Shown here: positions 32,628-45,950 of the stretch, piece after piece
Layout: every line of letters begins with the position of its first letter
How positions within the stretch are numbered: position 1 is the stretch's first letter
Assembly: GCA_965644495.1 (NCBI GenBank)
Contig: CBFFSA010000010.1
Coordinates: forward strand, 558,001-622,000
Direction of reading: 5' to 3'
DNA from: Perkinsela sp. CCAP 1560/9
Lineage: Eukaryota > Protista > Euglenozoa: Kinetoplastea
DNA: 64,000 nucleotides
Translations under genes and position numbers: made by a program
The notes under the pieces: generated by a model
Seen by the model: the letters and a program-made list of their open reading frames with translations, nothing else
Told to the model about the DNA's origin: nothing
The model's database searches: none

Positions 32628-34137
32628 ATGTTTCTGTAAACATATGGTTTTTTCCTGAATGTAAATTTCACCCCACGTTCTGTCACAGTAATTGGGTAAT
32701 AGAAAAGTGGTAATTACACCTATTACCACGCATGTGGTAAATACCACCTATTACCGTCCAGGGTATATTATTAGTCTAATGTCTTTTCTACTCATGAGTA
32801 AATGTTCTCGTTTGAGTCACCACCACCCAACCCGTCCAGCTACCCACGACGCCAAGCCTCCCTTACCACCCCCTCCCGCCCAGCCCCTCACCCAGCCACC
32901 CCCGACGCCAGCCTCCCCAGCGCGCCCAACAACTTTAGGAAACATACAGAGAAATAAACATGGAATGGCCATGTTGAAACGCTGGCGTTATTTCCAGATC
33001 CATGAAAAAATATTCACCAGCCTACTTGAGAGTCCCGAAAATTCTGACTCCCCACTTAAGAGTTCAAATGTCCAAAATCGGCGGACTATTAAATAAAGAG
33101 GGGACAGTATTATCACACCGAAATAGTAATGTAGTACATATTGTACGTCAAGTTGAACAGCCATTACAGAAGCTACTTTCCACTTCACTCCCATGGGAAC
33201 AACCACGTACTGAGTATACTACCGCACTACGATGGACTCCTACAGACTCCTACGCGCCACAATAACCGAGCTGAATTACTTTGGAACACCTGTTGGCAAA
33301 GCTCTACTATCGGAAATGATGTGTCAAAGAGTGTTAGACCGTGAGCTTTCCGATTCGGACACAAAGCATGCTTTCTCTGTAAGAGCTCTGTAAGTACGCT
33401 TGCTCTGTAAAACGCGTCTCAATGAAGCCTGACACACTCAGCATAAGGAAGTTTGGTTGAGACCTCCTCGCGGTCTTAACTAGCACTACCATCTTTCAGA
33501 CAGCACTAACTCCCTTATTTTTTAGCACCATAGTAACTAGAAGTGCTAGTAGTTTGTTGGAAGACTGGCTACAAATTTCGTTCTTCTATCACAAAACCAA
33601 TAAAAAGGTCTTTAGTTGCCTCGCTTCCGCAATCACCCCTCCACTGTGTGGTGTTGTTCTTGGGGCATATCAAATACGTCATACACTCTACTCAAAATAC
33701 GGTTCGCTTTTGAATCGAAATTCTGTCGTATACCGACCCAGATTACGAATACAATCATGTAAGAGTTCAACGACAACAATCATGCAACGACGAATACAAT
33801 CGACATGTAACGACGAATACGATTATGTAAGAGTTCGTCATGTAAGAGTTTCACGACCTGCACTGTCCATTTTTCGATACTTCGATGCCTTGTAACCCCC
33901 GAGCTTGGTTTAATGTGTGCTTTGCGAGGTAGTAGGCAACAAGATTGAACGGAAGATCGCTTGCAGCTTGAATGACAGTTGAAGTAACAATGTCGAAAAA
34001 GTTATGGTGGGCATCACGAATAAGTTGACGGAACGCTCGAATAGCATTTTGTGTGTTAGAAAGAGGTCGATGTACGCGATCAACCAATAAATTGTTTTCG
34101 ATTAAAGGCGTTTCTGTAAAAACTTTACTTTGTTCCA

Positions 34138-35343
34138 TTACGCAGGACGCAGAAGTGGATACTTCCATGGTTCATATTCCGTCCATGTGACGTATTCCCA
34201 ATCGCTGGGCGGCTCCGCGTGAAGAGTACCAAACAGAGGAATGTTCAACTCACGAATGAGCAAAGTTTCATCTGAGGCATTTACTATGCGTTCTGCAAAG
34301 CCAGCACTTGGGACTAAAAGGGTTACTGGTGTAAAATTCAACTTGTCAATTTGATATTGTTCCATTCTTTTATTTGAGCCCTCGTTGTCGAGAGTATTTC
34401 GTCTGGCTCGATTTTTTGCTAAAGTTCTTTTATGAAAATCAAACTTTTTGTTTATACCGGTAACTCTCGTGTTAACATTTTTGTCCAACCAGCAGGATTC
34501 GACCCGTAAGTGAAGCTCAGTGTCTTGCAAAACAATACCCCATCCTGGGAAAATGTGTTTTGACTGAATAAGAGCACCCGATAACACAATGCTTGGGTGG
34601 GAAAGTATCGAACCAGCCGAAACTTCGCCTGGATAGCGCTTTGACGCAAAATATTGTACGAAAGAACGGAATAAAGCTGTGTGCATGTCTGTGCGTTCAT
34701 GTATGACATGCTCGGAAGGATACAAAGGTTTTACCATTTTTGTATATTTTGATTGACGCGCGGCCCACGAAGGCGTAAGATACGATAACAGCAGATCTTT
34801 TCGGCTACTTTTTTGTAAATATGGATTGGTTCCTTGTGTCTTCATGTCTCTTTCTCCAGTACTCCCGATAGCAACTCCGTCAAGGGTAACAACTGCGCGT
34901 TCATCGATCTTGTAGTTTGTAGTCGGGGCGAGGGAACGAGAATTATTCACTTCTAAATATCGTCGCAAACGATACATTGCGTTTCCTCGCGATGAGTTCC
35001 TTCGATGTGCAGTTTTTCCTAACCGACGACGTGAGCCGCCGGACAAGAGAGCATTTCGTTTTCGTTTTCTTAAACCTTTTCGGCTTATGGGGAGACTGTG
35101 GTTGTATGCCTTGCACAAGGCAACACCTACGCGGACACTCACACTGCTCTGCGGAGGAAATGTATTCGAAGAGTGTTGCTTTTCCTCGTTTTGCGTAGAT
35201 TCTTTTTGGATACGATGTCGATGTCGGTAAACCGAAGGGGATGAGCGGCATATCGCTTGGAGCAGCCATGACGGCGGTTCATTTGAGTTTCGTGCATGAC
35301 TCATGGGTTGTACTGTGCATACGCGTAAGTAGTTTATGTACAA
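34138..35343 (-). CDS. Hypothetical protein; start uncertain; 33851-34168 may be a frameshifted continuation
   Basis: 401 open codons on the same strand as the other host genes; no family recognised. Confidence 0.6.
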   Translation of the reverse strand: MYINYLRVCTVQPMSHARNSNEPPSWLLQAICRSSPSVYRHRHRIQKESTQNEEKQHSSNTFPPQSSVSVRVGVALCKAYNHSLPISRKGLRKRKRNALLSGGSRRRLGKTAHRRNSSRGNAMYRLRRYLEVNNSRSLAPTTNYKIDERAVVTLDGVAIGSTGERDMKTQGTNPYLQKSSRKDLLLSYLTPSWAARQSKYTKMVKPLYPSEHVIHERTDMHTALFRSFVQYFASKRYPGEVSAGSILSHPSIVLSGALIQSKHIFPGWGIVLQDTELHLRVESCWLDKNVNTRVTGINKKFDFHKRTLAKNRARRNTLDNEGSNKRMEQYQIDKLNFTPVTLLVPSAGFAERIVNASDETLLIRELNIPLFGTLHAEPPSDWEYVTWTEYEPWKYPLLRPA

Positions 35344-35694
35344 GCAAAGAAGAACAGCATCGGACTGAGTGGGATATTAATCTAACTCATATCTTCTGAG
35401 TAGAAAACTTAGAGGTGGTTCTTAAGACTCGGACAAGCCTCGACTGTATATTTACATATACATGTATTGACTTGTATAATAATAATGTCGAATCTCTGCG
35501 GGACACCCTACACCAAAATGTCGTCTTATAGTGATGAAACCCACGAAAAGAAAACCACAGCTAAACTTACATGAATTTCTTTCTAGAATCGTGGCATAAT
35601 CCATATCAAGGTCTGTAGGGAAATCTTGGTCTTCCCTTCTTCCTTCGGAAAAATAGTAAAGGCACTTCTATCACTTTGTCTCGCGAACGAACAT

Positions 35695-35765
35695 TTTAGA
35701 CTGGAATGTTGACGTGCAGTACATGAATTTAACTCATGTAGTGCACGTCAACTTTCCAGTCTAAA
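35695..35765. repeat. 32-bp inverted repeat with 7-nt loop
   Basis: TTTAGACTGGAATGTTGACGTGCAGTACATGA and its reverse complement with 2 mismatches. Confidence 0.9.
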
Positions 35766-36195
35766 CGTCAATAATTCAATTACCATCAAAAGGGTTCAAT
35801 GAATGCAGCACCCTCGATTTTCGTTGTAGAATCAATTTCGTTCGTGCTTTACTGGGCTAATGCAAATTTTCACGCTCAAAGAAAAGGGAAAGATTTTTTA
35901 GATTTTTTTTTTAGATACATTTTCATTGGGTCCTACCCGAACTTTTTTCTCCATCATTTAAAATGAAAGCTCATTTTGCTGCTTCAACGTAAGAGATGAA
36001 GTATCCCGCAGTGTTCCACTTTTCTTTCTTGAGCTGGACACTCTTGAGATCACGTACCAATCTTTCTTTGCGAGCTCCCGCACAACAGAGAACTGTACTT
36101 CGTGTACATTTCATACAAAAAATGCTTCGGTCACAGATTCCTGCACTAACATTACTTACATGTTTCAGTGGCTAACAAACGGCACCACAACTCCC

Positions 36196-37047
36196 TTAGC
36201 ACACTGTACAGCTATCGCTTCTGCCAGAATGCAATATAATCCCTGAGCGCTGTGGATTAAACACAATCGCGTCGTCCAGTTTCTTTTTTGCTCCTGTCTT
36301 TTCATACTCTACAGCATGGAAACAATTATTCTCCAAATGTGTGCTAGTAAGTGAGCGTGGCAGCCGCCGCAAGTCAGCCACGCCGATCAAATAATTCTGT
36401 TGCAAATGTAAATTCGTCAACCTCTCGGGTAACTGTGTCAAACACACCGTGGTGCCGAGCTCGTTGTTGTCTACATACAAAAACGACAACACCGGGGGCA
36501 GGAGGTTCAAATAAATCCCTGACTGGAACTGATTATGACTAAGCGCCAGTGAACGCATTTCTGGGGGTAGAAAATGCAAATCACAATTTCCACTTAGCGC
36601 ATTTCGTCGTACGGATAACACTTCTAAGGATTCCGGAAGCGCTGTAAGATCCAGCGGTCCAGTAAATTCATTCAATTTCAGATTTACTTCTCGTAAAACC
36701 GTGTTGGTGGGTGGGAGAGTAATCGACCCTCGGAGGGCATTCTTCCACATGTAGAGTTCTGTAACGCGGGAGGGTAAATACGACCAGGAAAGGTTCCCCG
36801 TGAGTTTTAACCCGCTCCAGGATAACCGGGTCACGAAACCGGAGGCGTCACACGAGACCCCTGCCCATTGGGAACACACACTCGCGCTCTCGGGTGTTTT
36901 CCACGAGAGATGGGGCGTCGCGACTTGGGAGATAAATTTTTTTAAAAGGGTTAACTCGTGAAGTAGCGTGTCCGTTTGTGTTACGTTGGAGGAACTACTC
37001 GACACCTCCAGTGACTGAACCGGAAGGGCGGAAAGGAATAATGCCAT
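36196..37047 (-). CDS. Class II LRR protein with CaaX-like end (CTVC)
   Basis: LRRs with the IYLNLLP...LYVDNNELG block, NPQ motif, ends SDSCTVC*. Confidence 0.88.
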   Translation of the reverse strand: MALFLSALPVQSLEVSSSSSNVTQTDTLLHELTLLKKFISQVATPHLSWKTPESASVCSQWAGVSCDASGFVTRLSWSGLKLTGNLSWSYLPSRVTELYMWKNALRGSITLPPTNTVLREVNLKLNEFTGPLDLTALPESLEVLSVRRNALSGNCDLHFLPPEMRSLALSHNQFQSGIYLNLLPPVLSFLYVDNNELGTTVCLTQLPERLTNLHLQQNYLIGVADLRRLPRSLTSTHLENNCFHAVEYEKTGAKKKLDDAIVFNPQRSGIILHSGRSDSCTVC

Positions 37048-38029
37048 ATGCCGTTTTCCTCCGATACTATTGAATTAAATTTTATTCTGAGAAGGGTCTC
37101 GTTACTTCTGATTTTGATTTAATCATGAAAAAGTTATCCACTGATCATTACTATTTTTATATCTCTCATTCACCACCGTTCACCATGTTTCGCCCGGCAT
37201 TATGTACTTCGAAAAAGTTACTGTGACTTTTAAACAATATAATCTAAGAACCAAAATAATTGGAGAGTCTGCAGATGGGCTAGGTTGGGGTTCAAAAAAA
37301 ACCTACACAAACCTACACGGATCTACACGAATTCACACAGACTTACACAGAACCACTTTTTTCCGATTTCTAGTAGTTTTACTTTAGTTCATTTCAATAT
37401 TTTTCTTTTTTAGGCTCTTCGTTAAACGCGGTGGTTGTTTTCAACTTATAATAGTGTTCAGCCTCTTTTACCCCCCCCCTCCAGGTCTTGTATTTTGTCC
37501 GATTTTGGAAAAATCTGTTTTTCGACCCAATCGTTCCGAATCCGAGGAGTATCATATCTAAACCGGAAAAAGTAACTGCAAAAAAGTTGTTTTCTTTTTT
37601 CACAGAGTACATTTTTCTTTAAGTTAGTAAATTTATTGGTGATTCATGACGAAGAAGCACCGCCCCCTGTGTTTACCTTCCTCCCGCGTGTGCCTCGAGA
37701 TGCGCACGGCACTCGTGATCGATTAAGGAGATCCACACAACTCACCCCTCGAAAATCCCTTTTTTGTATGTTTTTTAAATAAAAATAGCAAGCTCCAAGC
37801 ACGCACAAGACCCAAACGAGGACAAGATCAAAGATCGCGCCTCTTCGCGGCGCGAAAAATGTTTTGGTCCTTTTCTGCTAATTTTCTAATATTCCTATAC
37901 CTTGTTATATTCCTATACCCTCTTAATATCCCTACCAGGAATATTAACCCGGACAGTGGTTTAATTCGGTCTAATTTACCTACATGCAATCATCCTAGCG
38001 GCCGAGCCAATAAACCTTCTCAAAAAATG

Positions 38030-38140
38030 TCAAAAAAAAAACCTACACCAACCTACACGAATCTACACGGATTACCACGAACCTACACGTACCTACACAG
38101 CTCGTCACGGACCAACACGAACTTACACAGACCTACTGCA
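38030..38140 (+). repeat. Degenerate 10-bp tandem repeat ACCTACACGA (also 37300-37350)
   Basis: Visible periodicity; probably a subterminal repeat of the Merlin element. Confidence 0.7.
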
Positions 38141-38379
38141 TACTCTCCATTGGAAATCTAAAAACCAAAGCTTAGAATGGTTTATGGAAAAACGTAAGCG
38201 ACTCTCGAGTACTGTCACCAGCAACGCAACGCTTGTAAAGAGATTGGCTCTATCGTAACATTGGGCGCTCGTTTTTTTTAAGGCGTGTCTCTTTGTATGA
38301 GAATTCAGATGCACACGAAAAGCAAATAAAGCAGCATAGACACCCGCTGGTTTTATCTCTACGCCAGTGATATCTCTAC

Positions 38380-39020
38380 GTCAGTGGGTTGATTCAATTA
38401 CGACAACTGCTCATGTACGTCGGCGTGTTTTGCACCGTTCGTCTCTCTTTTATGCAATGCGATGAAACCTTTTTCCGGTTCGGAAGCGCCATCGTGGACA
38501 ACATGGTGCGAGGCGTGTTCGCAGTGAAGGGACAGAAATCGCACAGACAATTGCATCCACCACGAGAACTAACATGCTCCCCGAAGTCTTCATGGAAATC
38601 ATTCCTGACCGCACGGCGAATACTTTAGTCCCAAGGATTGAGGAGCTCTCCTCCAGCAACCGTACAAGAATTTGAACAGACGGGGCGAGACACAACAATC
38701 AGCTCGGGCGAAAGTTTAAATGGGAAAGTGTCAATCACCGGCGTCAATGGGTTACATCGGAGGGAGTGCATACAAACACCGTCGAATGCGCGAACTAAAC
38801 GACAAAGAAGCGTTCGAATCGGGGATGTTTGGTAGAAACTTTCTACCTAACACACTTCCTCCCCGATTCGAACGCTTCTACTAGAAAGTCGAGTCGAAGA
38901 GCCGGCCGCGTGCAAGCAATCGCGGAAAAATATAACGGCAGCTTGAAGAAGAACGGGGGCGAAACGATGCTGCGTATATTAGACAATTTACGTACTCATT
39001 GTATCTGTATTCAACATTAA
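38380..39020 (+). mobile_element. Merlin (IS1016/IS1595-like) transposase pseudogene
   Basis: QCDETFF, RKRHRG, EIIPDRTANTLVPRI, TDG, SVNHRRQWVTSEGVHTNTVE across frameshifts. Confidence 0.85.
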
Positions 39021-39033
39021 GTTGGTTATGTCA

Positions 39034-39998
39034 AGAGGGGCGACTCCTGCCCGGGCGCTCCCAGGCGCTCCCAGTAAACTTCTACGGAGATCCGACTTGG
39101 TGAAATGATTTTCGCAAAGAGGTCCGGAATCCTCAATGTCCCTTGGATGGAACATGCTGGGCTAGCATGACAAAGAGTTAGAAAGGGAGACCGGCGTCGA
39201 AGTAAGACTTCTAGCCTCCCGAAGTAAGACTTCCAGCTAGATGCAGGGATTTGTCCATTTCTATTCCTGTTTAACCCCTATTCGCGGAGTCGTTAACCGC
39301 GTCCCGGGGTTGTAAGACGGCGTGGCAAGTCCATTGTCGGGAATACGTTGTCAGCACCACCTTTTCTCGCGTGTCAACCTTGTAACCTCGGTGGAAGTGG
39401 AACTGCACTCGTGCAAGCTGTGGTCGAATCCCACTCCATCTCCGGAGGAATGGAGGCGTAAAAACTTCGTTTCTCCAGCCAGGACCGTTCAGGACCAACA
39501 ATCTGGGATAGTGAAGTTTTAGCGGGTGAGCTAGCAGAGTCCCTGACGCAGTCCGATACTACAACGCTCTGCTCATTCGACCAAAAAAAGCCCACCGGTT
39601 GGACGGTCTTAACGTTAGGTGCATTGCGGTGGTTGTTTAACTACCGCTGTACCCTCGATTATTAAAAAAAAGTGAACAAATTTTCCAACCCCACGTGGGG
39701 GTGACCCCCCCCCCTGGTATGCGCAGGATGGGTCCGCCAAGTTCGGATTTTTCACGAAAAAGAAGTTGGAAAAAATCCTAGGCGGGATCCTAGGCGCTCC
39801 CACCCAGACTCACCCCTCTAAGCACAATGTATTATTAACGTGTATTACATGCTGAAACGCTTGCTTAAGCCCTGCAGAATAACAATTCCAGTAACATGAT
39901 TTCTGTATCTTCGGATTGAAGTAAAAAATATTAAGAAACTAAGGAAGAAAATTTTGACGAAAGATATCCTAGGCGCTCCCACCCAGAGTCACCCCTCT
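39034..39998. mobile_element. PIF/Harbinger-type non-autonomous element
   Basis: AGAGGGGCGACTC ... GAGTCACCCCTCT; duplicate right end near 39819; related end at 48345-48362. Confidence 0.5.
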
Positions 39999-42106
39999 AA
40001 GTAAGATAATATTCTGCATATTTCATAGGACAAATATTCTGTATACTGTATTTGCGCCATATAAATGAAGGAAACGTCAAAAGTACGAAAAAGGCTATAT
40101 TTGCTTCACTTTAACCCCCGCGACTTCTGGAGGATCCACGTTTAGTGATAGAGGATACGAGGAGCAGAGAGGGGGCAACGTGAACCATTTCCGAGGAATA
40201 TTGGACGGACCAAGGAAGGTTCCTTTTCTCATCTCGCGGCAAAAAACTACGACTTAACCAAGAAATTCTTCCGCCTCAGCTCATGCACCGCCAATACTAA
40301 CACGCCCACACCCACAGCAATAGAGTCGTAGGATTCAACACCGGGAAATTCTGGGGAAACGCCAAACTGTTTGGCATCGCTCGCTATTGTTTGCATTATT
40401 CCCACGAACACTTGCAAAAGCCTTCTCTATAATAGTTTTTCAATGAAATTTCTCCCCTACAAGTAGAAAAAAGTTCTTAAACTTACAAAAAACATTTTAT
40501 CGTTCCTCATTACAGGTGGAGTTATGCAATTAACTTTAGAATTAAGAAAAGAAAGGCACCACAAAGTCCCCTTTACCCACGCCGCCCACAGTCCTGCTCC
40601 CCCGAGGCCGCTCTCAGCATCTGAGCGTTGCCGCGTTGGATGGCGACGCCAGTGGCCATAATCATGTGTATAATCATGTGCATAATCATCTATCGATGCC
40701 GCCAACATTGGGACGCAATCTTTACAGACGTGCTTTACACCGCTGTAAAAGAAAACACCGCATCCACTTGCACATTCTTCGCTATGCTGCCGATATGTAC
40801 ATGTTCCCCGCTATGTATGTTCCCCGTTCTCCATCGCGGTGGGCGAAAGGGGCACACATGCTACGCTATTCAGGTAAAAGAATCCCTTCACCGTTGGCAA
40901 GTGAGCTGCCAGACTTGATATTCCTAGCTCTGGAAGAATTCCGTTTGCAGGACAAAAGCCAATTCAATAGTGCTCCCCGTTGGCACCGGGGGATCCCTTC
41001 ACGAGCGCACATCAGCCAAATTCTTTGCCAAATAAAGCACATTTAGCGGTCTTGCAGAAATGCTCAAGTGTGAGTTGCGTCTTCGCAAGACACCGCTCGT
41101 GCATTCGGACGGTATAGAACCGCCGCAATAAGTTACTATACGTACTTATTCGTACACTACTCTGATATACTACAGTACTTCAATGCGTACGGCATCTGTC
41201 CACATGGAAACAAGCAACAAAAACGTGTCAAATATGTAAACAATTATTTACCTACTGTACTATAATAATGTACGAAAAAAAAGATACTGTACAATAATAA
41301 TACAAAAAAAAAGTACAGTGCACACAATTATTCGTATAGCATTAATTCGTAAAACAAAAAGAATCAGCGTGGTGCATAGTGTATTGAAGTCATTAGAAAC
41401 TCATGTTTCTTGACTTCCATAAGAATCATCATGTAGAGCAATCGGAGAAAGAGGGAGATAATTACTTGAAATTAAATTCTATTTTATTATGTAATTGCTA
41501 TTTATAGTATTTAAAAATATAAAACTTTTTTCTTATTTTACGATAAAAGTTTTACTAATTTTTGCGAGCACTGTAAATTGTTCGGCAGCGCGCACAAGTG
41601 ATTAAACAATTACAAAGGTTACCGTTCTAAGGGGAACAAAAAATTACACGTTGTTTCTTTGAAATCAGCCATTGGTAGCCGATGGACTCAATGATACGTC
41701 ATATGTGTAACACATAAGACTCGTCTTCTTAGTTTGTCCAATTCATCATTAAGATTGGCATTTAGCTATGTCATAAACGTTATACTGTTACCCCCCCCTT
41801 ATACGACTTAGGCCTTGTACACTACTGTAGAATATGATACAATTGCGGCTTATGTACGTACTTCGGATCGTTTCTGGAGTTTTGGAAGTAAAGGGTTATA
41901 AAGAGGGAAATCGGATATTTCGGAAGAAGTGTACCTAAATCCAATGTTTCGGAGGAAGTGTACCAAAATCGTGCAAGGGAATAATAAGTTTCTTTTTCAA
42001 TTCAGAAAAATCTTCCAAAACACAATTTTCACTTGCAACACTTTTACGCGACGTTACAACACTAAAAAGAATGGGTAACCGCTTGGACAGCGAAAAGAAT
42101 CGCGGA

Positions 42107-42176
42107 TTTTTTCCGGCGATCACCATGCCAGGCAAGCAAAGGCGGATTTACTACGACGGGATAATGGCGTGTTGTA
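42107..42176 (-). repeat. Diverged repeat family B fragment
   Basis: TGCCAGGCAAGCAAAGGCGGATTTACTACGACGGGATAATGG next to a T run. Confidence 0.6.
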
Positions 42177-42589
42177 ATTTTGAATTCCTAATGAGACCCC
42201 CACATGAGAGACCATGTGAGACAATGACTGTACTGGTGTTGCAGTTGCAGAGTGTAGTTACAGCTGGTCATGTTGTGCAAGAGTGGCCAGCTGGCCACCA
42301 AAAACAAGGTTAGTATTTTGTATACATAGCGTTTTGTTTACATGGTTTGTACAAAAGCATTCTGTTTACGATAGCGGGGTTTCCATTAGTTCCTTTTTTT
42401 ATTGCTGTCAACCTAAGCACCTCTACAGTTTCTACAATATTAAAGAAAGGAAGACCTGCTACTCGCAGGAAAAAACTGCAGAAGGGGTAGCCGGGGCTAC
42501 CCCTTCTGCAGCGCCTACCTTGAAGGTGCCGCTAAAGCAGTTCACTGCCCTTCTTCGAAAAGCAAGTATTGATCGTTTGGAAGTGGCAG

Positions 42590-43850
42590 TGATTATGCTC
42601 TGTGTAGAATGGATGGAAAAACAGAAGTCGCAATTGGAAAATAATAGCCACTGGTCCTACCCGGGCATGATGTGAAGTCCCTTTGGACTACATCATTCTG
42701 GGTGAACCTTTGGTGCTGATTGCAAAGCACCACGAAAATGGTCTCCTCTTTTTTTGTGGCGCCAATCGGACACACCTTCATGGAGTAATTGAGAGCGAAT
42801 TTCCGGAATACTGGCGATGGAGTTTACCCAACGCACGATGGACGCTCAAGACGGTAGAGTGAAAGAAAAGGCACTGCAAAAAGATGACGAAATTTTCATT
42901 CCGTCATATCACATATTTGTCCGATGGCTAAATGCCCTTGTCAGTTTTAAATCCTTCAAGTCTACACCTGAGTCACTTTTGCCAAGCAACTTCACGGATC
43001 GCGGACGCGACATAATGCTTCGCGTTTGCTATCTAGTGCATTCCGAATGGAATGGTACTGTGATTGGCGAACTATCAACATGGATGAGACGGGACTTTGT
43101 TACAATGGGCTTTTGGAGCGCGGGGTTCCTCTTCGTGGAACTGCGGCGAGCAACTTTTCAAAGGGTGACAAGCGGAGTTGTACTTTGGTGGCTGCAGCAT
43201 GTCTCTCCGGTGGTCTTTTACATCCCTTTGTAGTATGGAACGGACTCGAAGCATCTACGCGAGCACATGCCCGTTCTTGTCCCGAAGTTGTACAATACCA
43301 AACTAAGAGCCACTAAATTTGCACGGATACCTTGAAGGAGTATATTAACAAAATTCTTCATTCGTATTACGAGACAATGCATAACAGTCTGCAACTTACT
43401 GGTGACGAATCTTTAATTTTGCTCCTCGTTTGCTGTAGAGTACACGTTTCTGCTCTTACCCGGAATGAATTTTGGTCAGAGTGTAAGCACGCAGAGAGAT
43501 TTTCTTGGCTACGAATATAATTTATTCCAGCGAAATGTACCAGTGTCCTCCAACCGTGCGACGTCGGGGTATTCAATCGTCTAAAGACCCACTTTCTGCG
43601 CGAGCGCACAATGCGCCTTCTCCATTACTGTCATCAGAAAAGATCTTGCGCAGAAAATATTGGTGGTGCAAAGGGTTTGGGTGTGTAAATATCAAAGGAG
43701 CAGGGGTTAGAGAGTATCGTAAGCACGTACAAGTTTATGGATACGATAAACCAAAAGAGGGCTACAGTCAAAGCCTGAGAAAGGGTTGGAATCACGAAAG
43801 ACGCTCTTATGGATTCCCAAATAAGGCTATGGCATGGGTACGTCGTCGAG
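42590..43850 (+). mobile_element. pogo/Tigger transposase pseudogene
   Basis: INMDETG...KRSCTLV...GGLLHPFVVWNG; FIPAKCTSVLQPCDVGVFNRLK. Confidence 0.88.
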
Positions 43851-43965
43851 AACTGTTTTCTTCTTTTACGGAAGAGGGGAAGGAAGAATCAGATGACGAA
43901 GAGGGTAAGCATACGTGGGTGGGCTGGAAGCATAAAGCATGGATTTCATCTCCACATTTTTCCTA

Positions 43966-44359
43966 CTAGAGATGAGCAGGGAAATAGAGCGACTGTGACC
44001 GGAGCCGTTTTTGAAGCTGCCATGACCAAAGAACCAATTCCAATGGTCTTTTGAACTACCTGCACAGGCACCCTGCAGTTGTTGATGTGGACAATTGCCC
44101 TGCGCACAACTCGGCAAGGCGTACTTTTCAGCAGCAAAACGTGCGAACGTTCCCCTGGCCTGCAAAGTCACCGGATCTCAACCCCATCGAAAACTTATGG
44201 AATATCATGGATCAGCGCAAGGATCGCTTGCGACCTCGTAATCGCGGTGATCTCCGCTCTTGTATCGAGAGTGCATACGAGGCGCTTCAAACTGATCTCA
44301 AAAGTACTCACGAGAAGACTATAAAGAGTGTCTCCAAGCGCTTGCAAATCGTTATTTGA
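43966..44359 (+). mobile_element. Tc1-like transposase fragment
   Basis: VDNCPAH...WPAKSPDLNPIENLW; RPRNRGDL resembles the C terminus in 26454-27395. Confidence 0.9.
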
Positions 44360-44459
44360 AAAAGACATTTGTTGCATCATTTTTTAATTTTTGGCATATG
44401 ATTTTACATTTTTTCAGTATCCGCGAACGCAGAGCGGCGTTTCTAGATCCTCGAACCGA

Positions 44460-44916
44460 ACTTCATTATGTGTTTTAGTATTCTAGATGGGGTTCCTATG
44501 CATAGTAGAGGGCCCAAAGAATTATACAACCATAAAACTAGAGGGAAATGCTGGACATTTCAGGTGCTGATAATGATGGACGGCTGTCCATTGGCGTGGA
44601 ATGGACCTTTTTACGGGAGCATTCATGATAGTGGGTGCCTTGAATAGTGATATGCCTTGAAATTCCAATTTTTGAACAACGGGATGAAATGATGAGGGCT
44701 GACAAATCCTTCATCAGCGTTCGGCACTGTTTTTGTCAAGAAAAGGGTAGTGATATTGATGAAGATTTTGATAGGGAGTTTCGACGTGTCAGAAACCGTG
44801 TAGAAAAGTTTTTAGCTTCCATTGATCAACGCAAAATTTTACTTTATAATCAACACAAAATTGATTTTGTTAAATCTGCATTTGGCTTACCGTCAAAGTA
44901 CTTATTAACGGAATAA
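44460..44916 (+). mobile_element. PIF/Harbinger-like transposase relic
   Basis: GSIHDS...ADKSF...RVRNRVE (DDE_Tnp_4-like). Confidence 0.65.
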
Positions 44917-45598
44917 AAATCATTGGAATAAAAATTACTGTGCCCCCCTACTTATAGTGCCGCGGTTTTTGACCAAACTATAAGTGGGGGGGAGGGGGGT
45001 AGTATGTTTCAAGTCGAGGGTGAAACTTTTTCCACCTTAAAAAAAAAGCGTGCCGCCTCGCGGCGCAATTCTTTCTATCATGTGGTTTTGTGTGCCTAAG
45101 CGCTGTAAATGGAGTTTCTACTCCACTGCTGTGTATAGGGTATAGTGGTTGTAAAAAATTGTGAAATAAAGATACCCTAATAGAAAAATTTGTGAAACAT
45201 TAATTCATGAACAAATTTCGAAATGACAAGCTGTTTTCCGTATGTTTCCGTAACGGAAAAGACAAATACCTTCGTCACTGCGTGCTTACCATTAATTTCT
45301 TGGAGCAATTTAAGGTGCATTTTCCTTAAAATTGCCTCCCGCTCTTTGTTAAAGCTTCTCTGGCGCTCTCTCTCTCTCTCTCGCATTGTCTACGCCTAGA
45401 AAGAAAGTAGGCGAACCTGACGTAAAGAGAAGAAAGTCCTTAAATTCGCAAACCACTGCTCAGCAGTTTGCAAAACGAAACGCAAAAAGTCAGCGTGCAG
45501 TGAAAGCCTCATCCGCGTCTAAACGTGAGACAGAGGAAAAAGTTGTTATTCGCCAGAAAGTTACGAGGACTGGCGGTGGAAGGGGGACAGTGAGTTTT

Positions 45599-45700
45599 AT
45601 GCATTATCAGTGTGCCTATATGCATTATCAGTGTGCTTATATGCATTATCAGTGTGCATTATGCAATATTAGTGTGCGAGTTTTATGCGTTATCAGTGTG
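45599..45700 (+). repeat. 21-bp minisatellite
   Basis: ATGCATTATCAGTGTGCYTAT x3 plus degenerate units. Confidence 0.85.
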
Positions 45701-45950
45701 CGGGTGCCATGTAGATCTTCAAATGTTTTTTGACGACTCAAGTTTTCTTTGCCATTTGTTGACTTGAGTGTTTGGAAACCTTTTTACCCACTCCCAGAAG
45801 GAGGTTTAGAGGGCTGAAACCTTTCTAAATTTTCCTGAATTTGCCTAAATTTGCTTTAGAAGTCGTCCATCAAAAAAACCTTTTACTAGGTAGAACTTTA
45901 CTAGCTAAAAAACATTTACTAGGTATTCTCCTTTTTTAAACTACATACCT

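Larger units (their letters stand above)
21752..32767. mobile_element. Putative 11-kb TIR-bounded element
   Basis: ATACCCTGGACGGTAATAGGTGGTA at 21753 and its perfect reverse complement ending 32766; TTATTA flanks both sides; hAT-like coding relic just inside the right end. Confidence 0.55.

Noticed and set aside
40050-41130. Possible KDZ/Zisupton-type transposase relic on the minus strand
   Set aside because: Cys-rich fragments in broken frames with no motif I can assign confidently.
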